A DNA stretch of 63,795 bases, counting the filler. It is 4 parts of 4 records of this genome, joined end to end, with 100 filler letters (N's around TTAATTAATTAA, not from the genome) between each part and the next. Parts side by side here need not be neighbours in the genome. Positions count along the whole stretch, not along the records: positions 1 to 28,376 come from DRR723986_7685; 3 more parts are not named here. One strand, written 5' to 3'. Shown one piece after another: positions 1 to 10,761 of the stretch (the first letter of the stretch is position 1; each line of letters starts with the position of its first letter). The notes under the pieces were generated by a model. That model did no database searches. It saw only the letters and a list, made by a program, of their open reading frames with translations, and had not been told where the DNA came from. A program made the position numbers and the translations under genes.

Positions 1-61
1 CTGTTAGCCTGTGGCTAACAGCTTATGGGGAAAAATCGAGACGGCAAACTCAAAAACACAA

Positions 62-92
62 CAGGCAAGGCCCCCTGCGGGAGCCTTGCCTG
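62..92 (-). terminator. Rho-independent terminator-like hairpin after the GSDH cluster
   Basis: CAGGCAAGGC...GCCTTGCCTG 10-bp stem, followed on the minus strand by TTGTGTTTTT, ~50 bp after the stop at 144. Confidence 0.6.
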
Positions 93-143
93 AAGAGTAT
101 ATGAATATTCTCAGTCGCGCAAATAAACTGCTTCGGACTGCGC

Positions 144-2813
144 TTACCGAATCACCACACTGTAATCCAGCGTTGTTTCACCAGCCTGCAGGCGCAGGAT
201 GTAAACACCCGCAGTCAGGTTCGGATTCGCCAGGCGCACCTGCTCTCCGCCAGAAAAACCGGCGCCGAGTGTTGTTTCACGGCCACTCAGGTCAATCAGA
301 GTTAAAGTCCAGTCGCGCGGCGTATCCAGCTCAAATTCAACCGCGAAGTCGGCTTGAATCGGATTGGGCTGAACCGCCATTTGCCAGCCCAGCGCATGCG
401 CGGGCGTATTTACACTTGTCACGCCATTACCCACCAGTGGAACACTAATCGGCACCAGCAGGTCCGCAATACTGATTTCGAGCGTAGCTGACTTCTGCTC
501 AAGGGACGTCGGCTCAAACGCCAGAGCTGCGCACATTGACGCATCTTCAGGCACAGATTCTCCCAACCAGTTGATTAAACGGAATTGATCGGCATCCGGC
601 CCAATGATGCGCACATCAGTGACTTGGGCCATTTCCATGATTGTGTTAACATAGGAATACACCAATTGGTCGCTGCTGCCAAGGCGGGTTGGTTCAAACT
701 CAACCATGTCACCGGTCTCAACGCGCATGGCCGTCACGTTTTTAGCAACGGTCAAATCTGCAAAGCGCGCACCACCACTTAACACAGGCCATGAAATAGT
801 CTCGGCCTGAATGCCGACCTGGCTATGTGCATAGCGCAGATTTACACGCTGCATTTCGCCGGCAGCAAGCAGACTGTTAAGTCCTTCGGCATTCAGGACT
901 TCCAGTCTTGAAGGTGCGGCAGTGATGTACTCCGGAGCTGAGCCGATTTCAATCGTCTCATCACTAATGTTAAACATCTGCACGGAAAAGTCAGTTGGGA
1001 AACACTGTCCGTTTGCCTGCAGCGTAGCTACATTGTGCACATTCCAGTTGTCCAGCACCCAAACGATTTGAGGCTGATTAACAAGTAGTCCAATGTGCAT
1101 CGGCATGTCCGGCCCTTCGCCAAACAGGGTGACGGTTGCGGTGCGCGGCCTTTCGTCTACCGGAATAAAACTTACGTCAAGTTCAAGCGTGCTTGCATCA
1201 CCCACAGTCACGATACGTGCGCTGTGAAGTCTAAAGCCGAGCTGATCTGTGAGGCGCGAGCTTGTAATTTGCGGCACAGTGCCTTCGATCTCAAAGGTGA
1301 AGGTGCGGCGTACCTGCGCATTAACATTACCAAAATCGGCGAGCATACTCAGGTTGCCGGCGCGCACATCTTCGGCTTCGCCGCTGATTTCGATTGAGTA
1401 TGTTCCCACGCGGTCGTTGGCATCAAATACGAACGTCGCTTCGTGGTCAAACTCGCTGACTGGTCCAAAACCAATCTTGACCTGAACTTGTGAATTCGCA
1501 GGAATCACAACAGACTTAAACGTTTCGTCAACATAGAAAACTGCCAGAGGATCACCCTCAAAACGCATGTTGTAAATGCGCACAGGCTCGTCGGCATTGT
1601 TGGTGACCGTTACAGTACTATTATCACTCCCCCATATTTCGGCTTCCAGCTCATCGTCGTCAATGCTGGCGCTCAGTACATTTTCGCCTTCTACAATCCG
1701 CAGAATCTCAAGAATGCGATCCGGCAGGTCAATGTCGCGCTCAGCATTAGTGGTTGAGACAAACACCCGGCCTTCGGGAGAGAAAGCAAAGTCGCGCAAG
1801 CGGCCCCAGCGGTTTGCAAACATGCGCTCTTCTTCGACTACCGTATTGCCGTCTTCGCTCATAAGCATGCGGTAAATCGACTGATTTTTGAGCGTGCCGA
1901 TAAACACGGAGTTAGCCCATTCCGGGAACATGCCACCGGGATAATACAGCGTACCGGAAGGTGCGATCGTTGGTGTCCATGCGGCAATTGGCTCAACTAC
2001 ATTGTTGGCTTCGCAGAATGGCTCTTCAAATGGTGTGTCACAGTAGCCTTCCACTCTGGGCCAGCCAAAGTTGCCACCTTTTGTGATGATGTTTAACTCA
2101 TCATCGGTTGAAGCGCCATGCTCGGTACTGTATAGTTGCCCACTTGGCCCCCAGCACAAACCTTGCGGATTGCGATGCCCCAGCGACCAGACATAACGGC
2201 CGGCAAATGGGTTGTCGTCTGGAATATTTCCGTCAAGGTCTACGCGAATGACTTTGCCTTGCAACTCATCGATGTTCTGTGGTTTACCGGAATCGGCGCG
2301 GTCGCCAATTGTTATGTACAAGGTATTGTCATCACCAATCAACAGGCGGCTACCGGCGTGAATATTGCCAATCGAGGAACGTGGAATAATACGCTCTTCG
2401 TCTTCGAGTAGCCCCGTCTCCAGGTTGTAACGCCACTTGCCCACGGTTAACCAGGAGATTCCATCTTCAGTCATGTAGGAGTAAGAAACAAATACAAAGG
2501 GCTCATTCTCAAAGTCGGGATGCAGGACCAGGCCGAGCATGCCGCTTTCATGCGTTTGTACTACTTCCTCATGATGATCAAGAACCAAACGAATCTCGCC
2601 GGTCTCAGGGTGCACACGGTAAATATATCCGCCGCGTTCGGTATACCAGATCCAACCATCCGGCCCCCACAGAATTTCCCAGGGACGGTCAATGTCCGGC
2701 GTCAGATCCCAATGTGTGTAATTGTTTTCATCGGTCTGGGATAAAACACTGACGTTAAACGCCAGTAGAGCCAGGCCAATTAACATTATACTTTTGGTAC
2801 ATCGTTGTATCAT
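144..2813 (-). CDS. PQQ-dependent sugar dehydrogenase (GSDH/sGDH beta-propeller) with Ig-like (choice-of-anchor D) stalk and T9SS C-terminal domain
   Basis: Signal peptide from ATG 2813 (MIQRCTKSIML...); motifs PWEILWGPDG, IHAGSRL, GHRNPQGL, TEHG, GRLRDF; C-terminal VQPNP...GVYILRL. Confidence 0.85.
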   Translation of the reverse strand: MIQRCTKSIMLIGLALLAFNVSVLSQTDENNYTHWDLTPDIDRPWEILWGPDGWIWYTERGGYIYRVHPETGEIRLVLDHHEEVVQTHESGMLGLVLHPDFENEPFVFVSYSYMTEDGISWLTVGKWRYNLETGLLEDEERIIPRSSIGNIHAGSRLLIGDDNTLYITIGDRADSGKPQNIDELQGKVIRVDLDGNIPDDNPFAGRYVWSLGHRNPQGLCWGPSGQLYSTEHGASTDDELNIITKGGNFGWPRVEGYCDTPFEEPFCEANNVVEPIAAWTPTIAPSGTLYYPGGMFPEWANSVFIGTLKNQSIYRMLMSEDGNTVVEEERMFANRWGRLRDFAFSPEGRVFVSTTNAERDIDLPDRILEILRIVEGENVLSASIDDDELEAEIWGSDNSTVTVTNNADEPVRIYNMRFEGDPLAVFYVDETFKSVVIPANSQVQVKIGFGPVSEFDHEATFVFDANDRVGTYSIEISGEAEDVRAGNLSMLADFGNVNAQVRRTFTFEIEGTVPQITSSRLTDQLGFRLHSARIVTVGDASTLELDVSFIPVDERPRTATVTLFGEGPDMPMHIGLLVNQPQIVWVLDNWNVHNVATLQANGQCFPTDFSVQMFNISDETIEIGSAPEYITAAPSRLEVLNAEGLNSLLAAGEMQRVNLRYAHSQVGIQAETISWPVLSGGARFADLTVAKNVTAMRVETGDMVEFEPTRLGSSDQLVYSYVNTIMEMAQVTDVRIIGPDADQFRLINWLGESVPEDASMCAALAFEPTSLEQKSATLEISIADLLVPISVPLVGNGVTSVNTPAHALGWQMAVQPNPIQADFAVEFELDTPRDWTLTLIDLSGRETTLGAGFSGGEQVRLANPNLTAGVYILRLQAGETTLDYSVVIR

Positions 2814-2865
2814 GTTAATCTCTGTCTTAAGAAATAAATCACAAAAAAGTATCGTCAAATTTGGT

Positions 2866-5568
2866 TTACTGAATACGCATAAAAGCAGTCGTAAAGGCTC
2901 TGCCCGCCACGCGTAATTCTGCCAGGTACATGCCCGGCGCAAGTGTTGTTACACCGTCACCGGCCAAAGGAACTGTAATGACCAGATTTGTAGCAATTGA
3001 GTTACCTTGACTGCGCAATTGCAAACGCCCCGACATATCGTAAATCTTGAGGGTCCACGCGCCGGGACTCACATCACCCACGCTAAAAGTCACTTCATCT
3101 GTTGCCGGCACGGGGCTTACAGATAGTTTCCCAGCTGTAAGACCGGGATTAACACCACTCACAGTTGTATTCGCCAGCAATTGAATATCAAATGCCACCG
3201 AGTTGTCATCCGGCTGCACCTTAAGGCTGCCGCGCATGGAATCTGCATTTAACAGCTGCGCACGCAGGCCTATCCAAAGCGAGTCGCCCTCAGTCAGTGA
3301 TCCGCGCACAAAAACGGTCTCGCTAAACTGATCACCACCGAACTCCAGTTCAGCGCCTGTTCCAGATGTTAAGCTGGCACCCTCAATTACCAGCACCGTG
3401 TCAATGACGGCCGGATACACATCACTTTCAAACAGGATAACATTGCTGTTGGTGGGTGTCCAGTCTGCTATCGCAAGTCTGGCCCGGCCGCTGATTACTT
3501 CAGCCTGGCCCTGCAACAGTCTGAGCCCAAATTGATTATCACCTGGCGCACGCGCGTCGATTTGAAGTTTAACTTCTGTGAAATCGTCGGCCGCAAGTCC
3601 CAGCTGCGCTTGATCCAGACTGATCTGCGCAAAGTTGTTGTTAAGTTCAGACACATCCAGTCCATCGATGCGGCGCTCCTCAGTGAAGGTATTCGCAATG
3701 TAGAGTGAGTGCGCGCGATTAAACTCGCGTTTGCCGGAGAAGTCAATGGCGGCAGCCTGATTATGCAGCACCATTCCCTGCGCATCGGTCCAGAGAATTT
3801 GTGGCAGCTCAGCCACAAGACTCACAGACCTAACAGCTTCTCCATCGGCGCTGAAAGTTAGATTGGAAACAACCGGTTCAAATCCGGGAATGCATCTAAT
3901 TGCAACCAGGATGGCATTGTCCTCAACCGCAGCACTCAGGACCTGAAAACCATCAGAGTTGTCACTTTCCCAGGTCAGCTCGGCTGCATTGGGAAGCGGG
4001 TCACTTAAAGGTAAACGCACAAACATTCTGTTTTCAGCATCTTTAGGCACAGCACTGACGTGCACGTAACGTTGACGCGAAGTGTATTCAACTTCGCTTC
4101 CAAGTCCGCGTAGTTCAACTGTAAAGTCGGCGCCTTCGGCAGCATTGCTTGAAAATGTTAAACGCGCAGTGTGCCCACCAACGCGCAGCGGCGTAAAATC
4201 AATTTCAATCGCCCCGGTTGCGCCGGCTGCGATGTTTTGATACGCTGATGCCACACGCACAGAAAATGCTCTGGCGTCGGCGCCTTCAATCTTAACATCA
4301 TGCACAATCAAGGCATCCGTATCTGCATTGGGCAACTGCAGCGCCTGTGTGTTTATGCCTGGAAAACTCGTGGCATCAAACTCAAGCTCTTCCGATACAG
4401 ATGTCAGCCGTGAAGCTGAGAGTGGCATAACCTCAAATATGCGATCCGGAAATGGTAGATCCCGCTCCATATTTGTGGCAGAGATAAACAAACGGCCCTC
4501 CGGCGAAATTGCAAAGTCGCGCAGCCGGCCCCAGATTCCCTGGAACAGCTGGTGCTCAGCAACAACTTCGTCACCCTCCGCTGTTAACTCCATGCGGTAG
4601 ATGCGCTGATTTTTTAAGGTTGAGATCAGGATGCTGTTTTTCCACTCGGGGAATAAGTCATGGTTGTAATACTCGATTCCCGAAGGTGCAATGGTCGGTG
4701 TCCAGCTATAGATTGGCTCGATGACGTCGTTCTGCGAACAGTAGACTTCTTCCAGGCCGTTGTCACATTTGCCAAGCACCGCCGGCCAGCCGCAGTTGCC
4801 ACCTTTTTCAATGATGTTAAACTCATCATCATCATCCGTGCCGTGCTCACTGCTGTAGAGACGTCCATTCGGCCCAAATACCAGGCCCTGCGGATTGCGG
4901 TGCCCGATGGACCAAATTGAACTCTCAGGATCCGGATTGTCGGCCGGAATCTGGCCATCCAGGGTAATCCTATGAATTTTACCTTGGAATTGCCCGAGGT
5001 CCAAAGCCCTGTGTTGCTCACCGATATCTCCCACAGAGACAAACAAGGTGCGGTTTGGACCCACCAAAAGGCGGCAGCCCTGGTGCAGCTTAAATGTAGA
5101 AGTTGGCGGCAGCAGCAGCTCTTCGTCTGTTAAAGTCTGCGCTGCAGCATCATATTTCCAGCGACTAATAAAAAGAGCATCGCGCTGTTTGAGTTCCGAG
5201 TACTCTGCATAGGCAACATATACATACGGAGAATCGGCAAATTGTGGGTCAATTGCCATCCCGAGCATGCCACCTTCATGTGTAAGCGAAACGCGGTCCG
5301 TAATGTCTAAAATCAACGAACGTTCGCGTGTGTCCGGATGCACACGACTAATGCGTCCAGGCCGTTCAGTAAACCACAGGTAGCCGTCAGGCCCCCACAG
5401 AACTTCCCAGGGACGGTTTACATCCGTTGCCACATCACGCGAGCGATGGTTGTCCTGCGCCATAAGTGACGTTGCCGGCAGCGTTATCAGACATGCCAGG
5501 AGGCATACAATCAGTGCTGGAAATGCCTTAACACGTAATCGTAGATTCAACAAGCAGTTATCTTGCAT
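2866..5568 (-). CDS. PQQ-dependent sugar dehydrogenase paralog with Ig-like stalk and T9SS CTD
   Basis: PWEVLWGPDG, LHQGCRL, GHRNPQGL, SEHG, GRLRDF; C-terminal SPVPA...GMYLAEL; likely start ATG 5568. Confidence 0.85.
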   Translation of the reverse strand: MQDNCLLNLRLRVKAFPALIVCLLACLITLPATSLMAQDNHRSRDVATDVNRPWEVLWGPDGYLWFTERPGRISRVHPDTRERSLILDITDRVSLTHEGGMLGMAIDPQFADSPYVYVAYAEYSELKQRDALFISRWKYDAAAQTLTDEELLLPPTSTFKLHQGCRLLVGPNRTLFVSVGDIGEQHRALDLGQFQGKIHRITLDGQIPADNPDPESSIWSIGHRNPQGLVFGPNGRLYSSEHGTDDDDEFNIIEKGGNCGWPAVLGKCDNGLEEVYCSQNDVIEPIYSWTPTIAPSGIEYYNHDLFPEWKNSILISTLKNQRIYRMELTAEGDEVVAEHQLFQGIWGRLRDFAISPEGRLFISATNMERDLPFPDRIFEVMPLSASRLTSVSEELEFDATSFPGINTQALQLPNADTDALIVHDVKIEGADARAFSVRVASAYQNIAAGATGAIEIDFTPLRVGGHTARLTFSSNAAEGADFTVELRGLGSEVEYTSRQRYVHVSAVPKDAENRMFVRLPLSDPLPNAAELTWESDNSDGFQVLSAAVEDNAILVAIRCIPGFEPVVSNLTFSADGEAVRSVSLVAELPQILWTDAQGMVLHNQAAAIDFSGKREFNRAHSLYIANTFTEERRIDGLDVSELNNNFAQISLDQAQLGLAADDFTEVKLQIDARAPGDNQFGLRLLQGQAEVISGRARLAIADWTPTNSNVILFESDVYPAVIDTVLVIEGASLTSGTGAELEFGGDQFSETVFVRGSLTEGDSLWIGLRAQLLNADSMRGSLKVQPDDNSVAFDIQLLANTTVSGVNPGLTAGKLSVSPVPATDEVTFSVGDVSPGAWTLKIYDMSGRLQLRSQGNSIATNLVITVPLAGDGVTTLAPGMYLAELRVAGRAFTTAFMRIQ

Positions 5569-6072
5569 TAAGATTGCCCCAATTGATGTTTGACGAGCGG
5601 CTGTCCAAATCTGTGAACAAGCCGGCAACGTCCAATTGCTGTGTATCTGATTGAAATAACACTCGGAGTGTCTGCAATTCACAGTGTTCCGAGTGCCAAT
5701 TTTTTGTAGAATCCGTTCAGTTCGGATTAGCACAAGGCCACAGCCGCACCAGCCCATGATACATGCAGTGGCTCAGCCGCTAAAATGTAACGGCTCAGAA
5801 TGTAGAAGTGGCTCTCACCTGACAATACAAACCCGGGGGGAGTTGTTTGCAAGAGGTGCTTGTTGAATAGCGGCAGGTCAATCGGACCAGGACATGCCAA
5901 CATACGTTAACATTAAACATCAGGCACAAATTCTGCGGAGCGGTCCTGATGTTGCCCGGCGCATAACACTTGTTCTGTGACGTGGTCAAGTGATGTGCGC
6001 CGGACTTCGAATGCCAAAATTTTCAACTCAGTGTCCTGAGTCATTGTACTGGGTCTGAAAACCGCATCTGTC

Positions 6073-7551
6073 TTATTGTTTAACCAAGGTTGCCTGCAGG
6101 CTGCGCCCCTGCCCTGTCAACACTACAAAGTATGCTCCTGGAGCCACTAAGACACCCCGACTGTCTAATCCGTCCCACGCCCACTCAATCGTTCCGCCGC
6201 TGGCCCTTAAACTGGCCGTGCGCTGCAGCTGGCCAAGCGCGTCGAACAATTCCATGCGGTATAAACCATCGCGGTCCGTACGCGCATGCAGTACGCTGCT
6301 AGCACCAGTTGGGTTCGGACGGAAACTAAGCGTTGTTGCGCCTGGATCAGGGTTTTCTTCAACGGAGGTTGTGGGATCAAAGACTTCCAGAATGCGGTCA
6401 CCATCTTCGTGAATCTCATTTGGAAACGCGCGGCCATCCAGATTGCTCGTGCTGAAGTACAAACGCCCTTCCGGAGTAACACACACGTCGCGAATGCGGC
6501 CGTATTCCTGTGTAAACAAATCCGTTGTACGCTCAACCGTGCGTCCGTCATCAGAAAGATGGACTGCTATCAAACGGCGGCCTTTTAGGAAGGAGATAAT
6601 AATCGAGTTTTTGAGCGAAGGAATGCGGTCTGAATCGTAGTATGTGATTCCGCAGGGTGCCAGCGTTGGCGACCATGCCAGAATCGGCACTTCCACATCA
6701 TTATTGTCGCAATATGCTTGTTCAAAGGGTTGATCACAGTAGCCTTCTACATTTGGCCAGCCGTAATTCAGATTGCTCTCAATAATATTAAGTTCATCAT
6801 CCGTTGTGTGCCCATGTTCTGAGCTGTAAAGGATGTTATTGCGCCCCCAGGTTAGCCCTTGTGCATTGCGATGCCCGTACGACCAGATCAGCGAGTTTGG
6901 ATTTGGATTGCCAAGTGCTGGTGAGCCGTCCAGATTCATACGCAGGGTCTTACCGGCAAGACTGTTCAGATTCTGTGAAAGCGGCGCACTGCTGGCGTCA
7001 CCGGTTGTAATGTACAGGTGCTGATTGTCGGGACTCAACAACAGGCGGCAGCCATCGTGATTTTGCGCAGCCTCAATCCCCTCAACCAGGACCACAGGGT
7101 CAGTCAGAGTGCCACTTCCTTCATCGGGCGTGTAAGTGTAACGCGCAATGCGCAGCTTGAGCGAGATATTTTCCAGATAGGTATAGGCCAGGAATACGTC
7201 CAGCGTGTTGGCAACACCAGCCAGAACCTGCATTCCCAGCAGGCCGGCCTCACCGGCAGGCAATACATCACTGATCGTGGTGATCGGCAGCACGGTGCCG
7301 TCCTGCGGATTAACACGCAGAATGCGACCGTCGCGTTCGGTTACCCAGAGGTGAGCATCCGGTCCGGCCAGAACTTCCCAGGGCACGTCAAGTCCCACCG
7401 CCACTGGACGCGCCGAAAGCTCCTGCCCTTTGACCGTCAATGGCGAAGCCAAAGTTTGGACTGCCAATGCGATCAACACAAGCGCCGATAATGGGCTAAA
7501 CCTGACAATATGACTGCTGGATTTACTGAAAGGAAGAATCATTTTCTGCAT
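6073..7551 (-). CDS. PQQ-dependent sugar dehydrogenase paralog (short) with T9SS/FlgD-Ig CTD
   Basis: PWEVLAGPD, NHDGCRL, GHRNAQGL, GRIRDV; RPNP...WDGLDSRG...PGAYFV; start uncertain (7605/7551/7542). Confidence 0.85.
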   Translation of the reverse strand: MQKMILPFSKSSSHIVRFSPLSALVLIALAVQTLASPLTVKGQELSARPVAVGLDVPWEVLAGPDAHLWVTERDGRILRVNPQDGTVLPITTISDVLPAGEAGLLGMQVLAGVANTLDVFLAYTYLENISLKLRIARYTYTPDEGSGTLTDPVVLVEGIEAAQNHDGCRLLLSPDNQHLYITTGDASSAPLSQNLNSLAGKTLRMNLDGSPALGNPNPNSLIWSYGHRNAQGLTWGRNNILYSSEHGHTTDDELNIIESNLNYGWPNVEGYCDQPFEQAYCDNNDVEVPILAWSPTLAPCGITYYDSDRIPSLKNSIIISFLKGRRLIAVHLSDDGRTVERTTDLFTQEYGRIRDVCVTPEGRLYFSTSNLDGRAFPNEIHEDGDRILEVFDPTTSVEENPDPGATTLSFRPNPTGASSVLHARTDRDGLYRMELFDALGQLQRTASLRASGGTIEWAWDGLDSRGVLVAPGAYFVVLTGQGRSLQATLVKQ

Positions 7552-7736
7552 AACTTTCTGCTGAACACATTGATTGGTACAAGTTCTGAATGCAAAAGAC
7601 TGCATTGCGCCCTAGCATAGACCCAGGAATCCCGGATTCGATGCAACCTGAAATTTGCCAATAATAATATGATAACACAAATCCATTCTGAAATTATGGA
7701 CGGCCACCACAGACGCGTCCGGACTGCATGAAACAG

Positions 7737-7764
7737 GAAAGCCCACTCGCAGGAGCAGGCTTTC
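7737..7764 (-). terminator. Terminator-like hairpin downstream of mltD
   Basis: Minus strand GAAAGCCTGCTC-CTGC-GAGTGGGCTTTC (G-U allowed) followed by CTGTTTC. Confidence 0.5.
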
Positions 7765-7882
7765 GTGTTTTGCTTCAAATGTTCGTCAGTTTTTCGCTTG
7801 CTGCCGGCCCCACATTACAGGCTAAATGCGCCCCGATGCTGACTCGCTGGTGTCGCCTTTGTTGCTGACTTTGGGGATCGAT

Positions 7883-10255
7883 TTACTGAATGCGAATTTT
7901 TTGGCCAATCTGCATCCGGCGCGCATTGACATTGCTGTTCAGGCGCTGCAGTGTGCGTGTACCAACGCCGAACTTGCGTGCAATCGATGCAAACGTGTCG
8001 CCACGGCGAACGGTGTAGTACTTGGGAGCACGTCCACTATCGGAAGCGCCGCCTTTAGCAACGTTGCCCGTGTAGACCGTGAGAGCATCTCCGGCATAGA
8101 TTCTGGAGCCACGCACTTTCCCTGAGTTCCATCCGCGAATGTCGCGACTGCGAACGCCGTAGAGCTCAGCAATTTCACCAATTGTTTCGCCTTTGCGGAC
8201 GCGGTGAATGACTTTCTGGCGTGCCGGCGCCTGAGCAACAGGAGCGCTGGAGCGCGCGTTTGAACGTGCACCTGCTCCACCAACCGGAATGCGCAGAAGC
8301 TGACCAGGAAAGATTGTGTTGCGGCGATTCAGCTTGTTGTGATGCCGGATCGACGCAATATTGACACCGTAGTTATCTGCAATTTTACCAACTGTCTCAC
8401 CACGGCGCACGCGGTGTTCCACGATTTCCGGCGTTGAGGAGGCCGAGCCGCCTGAACGCGAAGATGCAACTGGTCCACCACCGTTTAGATATACGGTCAG
8501 CGTGGAGTTGGCGCGAATCATGTGCGAGTTGTATGGAATGTTGTTCCAATTGCGCAGGTCTGCAATGCGCACACCGTACTGTTTGGAGATGCCTTGCAGC
8601 GTCTCTCCGCGTCCAACACGATGATAGATTTTTTTCTTGCCGCCTGAAGACTGCGCCTTAGCCGATTTAGCACTCTCAACTGCATTGCTTTGAGCCAGTT
8701 GTTCTTCCAGCTCTTTGCTGACATTCGGCATCGGGATGCGCAATAGCTGCCCCTGATGCAAACGCAGGCGTGTGCCACTCATATCATTCGCGGCCGTAAT
8801 CAGTGATGTTGCCACGCCGTATTTGCGCGAAATCGAATTCAAGGTTTCGCGGCGTTCAACGGTGTGCAGCACCCATGAGCGCTTGACGGAGTCAGGCATC
8901 TGCGTGTACGCAGTTTCAACTGCCGAACCCATGCGCAGCGGCACTTTGAGACTATAGGTCTGATCCGGCGGCGTACAGGCACGCAGGAGTTCCGGATTCA
9001 GGTCGGTAAGTTCAGACGTCTGCAGGTTGGCATTTGTGGCCAGGACTTCAAAGTCAACAGCCTCGGGAATTTCAACTACTTCGTAGCGGTATGGTGCCAC
9101 ATATTCAATGTCGCTAAAGCCGTACTGCTCGTGGAAGAGGCAGATCGTAGTTGTTGCAATGTACAGCGGAACGTAGTTACGCGTCTCACGCGGCAGAAAA
9201 CGACGAATCTCCCAGAAGTTGGGATCGCTCAGCCCCGAGCGACGGATCGCACGGCGAACACCGCCGGGACCACAATTGTAAGCTGCCAATGCCAGGTGCC
9301 AATCCCCAAAGTCATTATAGAGGTCACGCAAGTGGCGAACCGCTGCGCGCGTTGCCTTTTCAGGGTCGCGGCGCTCATCGTGCCAGTAGCTCACGTCCAG
9401 ATCGTACATCTCTCCGGTCGATTTGATGAACTGCCAAAGGCCAACGGCCTGTGCGCGCGAAACCGCATTGGGGTTAAGTCCACTCTCAATCATCGAGAGG
9501 AAGACAATTTCTTCGGGCACTTCTTCTTCACGTGCGATGCTGCGCATCATCGGGAACCAGCGGCCTGAACGCTCCAGCCAGCTCTGCAAAAACTTGCGGC
9601 CCTTATTCTTGGAGAAATACGTAATCGCGTTCTGGACGTACTCATTTACGTCCAGCGGAATTTGCAGGTTGTCGGACGGCGGCAAGACCGGCTCGTGATG
9701 TTCAGTGGGGTCGGGCATGTCAAGCAAACTGACCGAAGTAATGCTCTCAGCATCTCCGGGCGTGGCATACTGGCCTTCTACCACCTGAAAGAGTTTATCG
9801 CGCAGGATAAAGATTGGTGAGTTCTCGTCCAGATCATCAATGCTCTGGATAAAACTCTCGTAGTCGTCCACCACTGATTGCATCAGATCGCCAAACTCGG
9901 CGTTGCGCTCAATGTGTGGGAAATTTATCAAACCATTCAGCACTTCAATTGATCGCTCAAATGAACGCGCTGCCAAAGTTGTGTCACCGCGATCAATGTG
10001 CGTCAACGCATTGATATAGTGTTGGCGGCCCAACTCCAGGGTCGAGTTTACATAGTAGTCATTTACATAGGGATTAGCGGTGGTGTCGTCCAGTTCGGCA
10101 AAGTCGTCCTGGATATACGGCAGGCCAATGCCCGCATCATCGTTGCTACCCTGTACAGACTGTCCGGTGTAGAGTGCCGAACAGGAAATAACAGTGGAAC
10201 AGCACAGCGCCGCGAGCAGGATCTGTGCCATGCGTCGCGCTATAGTATTTCTCAT
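7883..10255 (-). CDS. mltD: Membrane-bound lytic murein transglycosylase D (SLT domain + 5 LysM)
   Basis: [30 protein letters not shown]; five LysM starts ([45 protein letters not shown]); lipobox-like VISC. Confidence 0.9.
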   Translation of the reverse strand: MRNTIARRMAQILLAALCCSTVISCSALYTGQSVQGSNDDAGIGLPYIQDDFAELDDTTANPYVNDYYVNSTLELGRQHYINALTHIDRGDTTLAARSFERSIEVLNGLINFPHIERNAEFGDLMQSVVDDYESFIQSIDDLDENSPIFILRDKLFQVVEGQYATPGDAESITSVSLLDMPDPTEHHEPVLPPSDNLQIPLDVNEYVQNAITYFSKNKGRKFLQSWLERSGRWFPMMRSIAREEEVPEEIVFLSMIESGLNPNAVSRAQAVGLWQFIKSTGEMYDLDVSYWHDERRDPEKATRAAVRHLRDLYNDFGDWHLALAAYNCGPGGVRRAIRRSGLSDPNFWEIRRFLPRETRNYVPLYIATTTICLFHEQYGFSDIEYVAPYRYEVVEIPEAVDFEVLATNANLQTSELTDLNPELLRACTPPDQTYSLKVPLRMGSAVETAYTQMPDSVKRSWVLHTVERRETLNSISRKYGVATSLITAANDMSGTRLRLHQGQLLRIPMPNVSKELEEQLAQSNAVESAKSAKAQSSGGKKKIYHRVGRGETLQGISKQYGVRIADLRNWNNIPYNSHMIRANSTLTVYLNGGGPVASSRSGGSASSTPEIVEHRVRRGETVGKIADNYGVNIASIRHHNKLNRRNTIFPGQLLRIPVGGAGARSNARSSAPVAQAPARQKVIHRVRKGETIGEIAELYGVRSRDIRGWNSGKVRGSRIYAGDALTVYTGNVAKGGASDSGRAPKYYTVRRGDTFASIARKFGVGTRTLQRLNSNVNARRMQIGQKIRIQ

Positions 10256-10761
10256 TTTTTCGCCAGTTCTCTTCAAGATATGCTACTGCAAATTCAGAAT
10301 GTGGGAATATACAATGTGAGACGGCACAAAGCAACGCCTGAATGCGCTTATGAATCTTTTTTAATGAACTTGTAATTTTAAGTGCACATCGCTGAACTCC
10401 AAAAGCGCAAGTATCAGCTTTGTTTGCACTTAGCGCAGCAAGCTGAAGAATATTATCAAGAAAATACTCGCGCACTCAACAGCTGCCAATTTTGCTCCCA
10501 ACAACTAACAATATGGCTGTTAAAAAGTCAGAAATCAGAGCATTTTTATGAATTTGTACGAATTCGTGATTCGCATATTTGCAATAACGGAATTTCGATT
10601 GGCCAGGTAGAGGTCAGCGCTCCATCCAGCCAAAACAAGGCGACCAAACGGCTCAGCTTAAGCGTGCACAGACGCCCATTTTTGATGGCCGCTTCGCCGG
10701 AATTCCGTAGTTTGCGCGTTCTTTAAATGTCAGTTTGCTGAATTGGTTTAATGTACACAGC

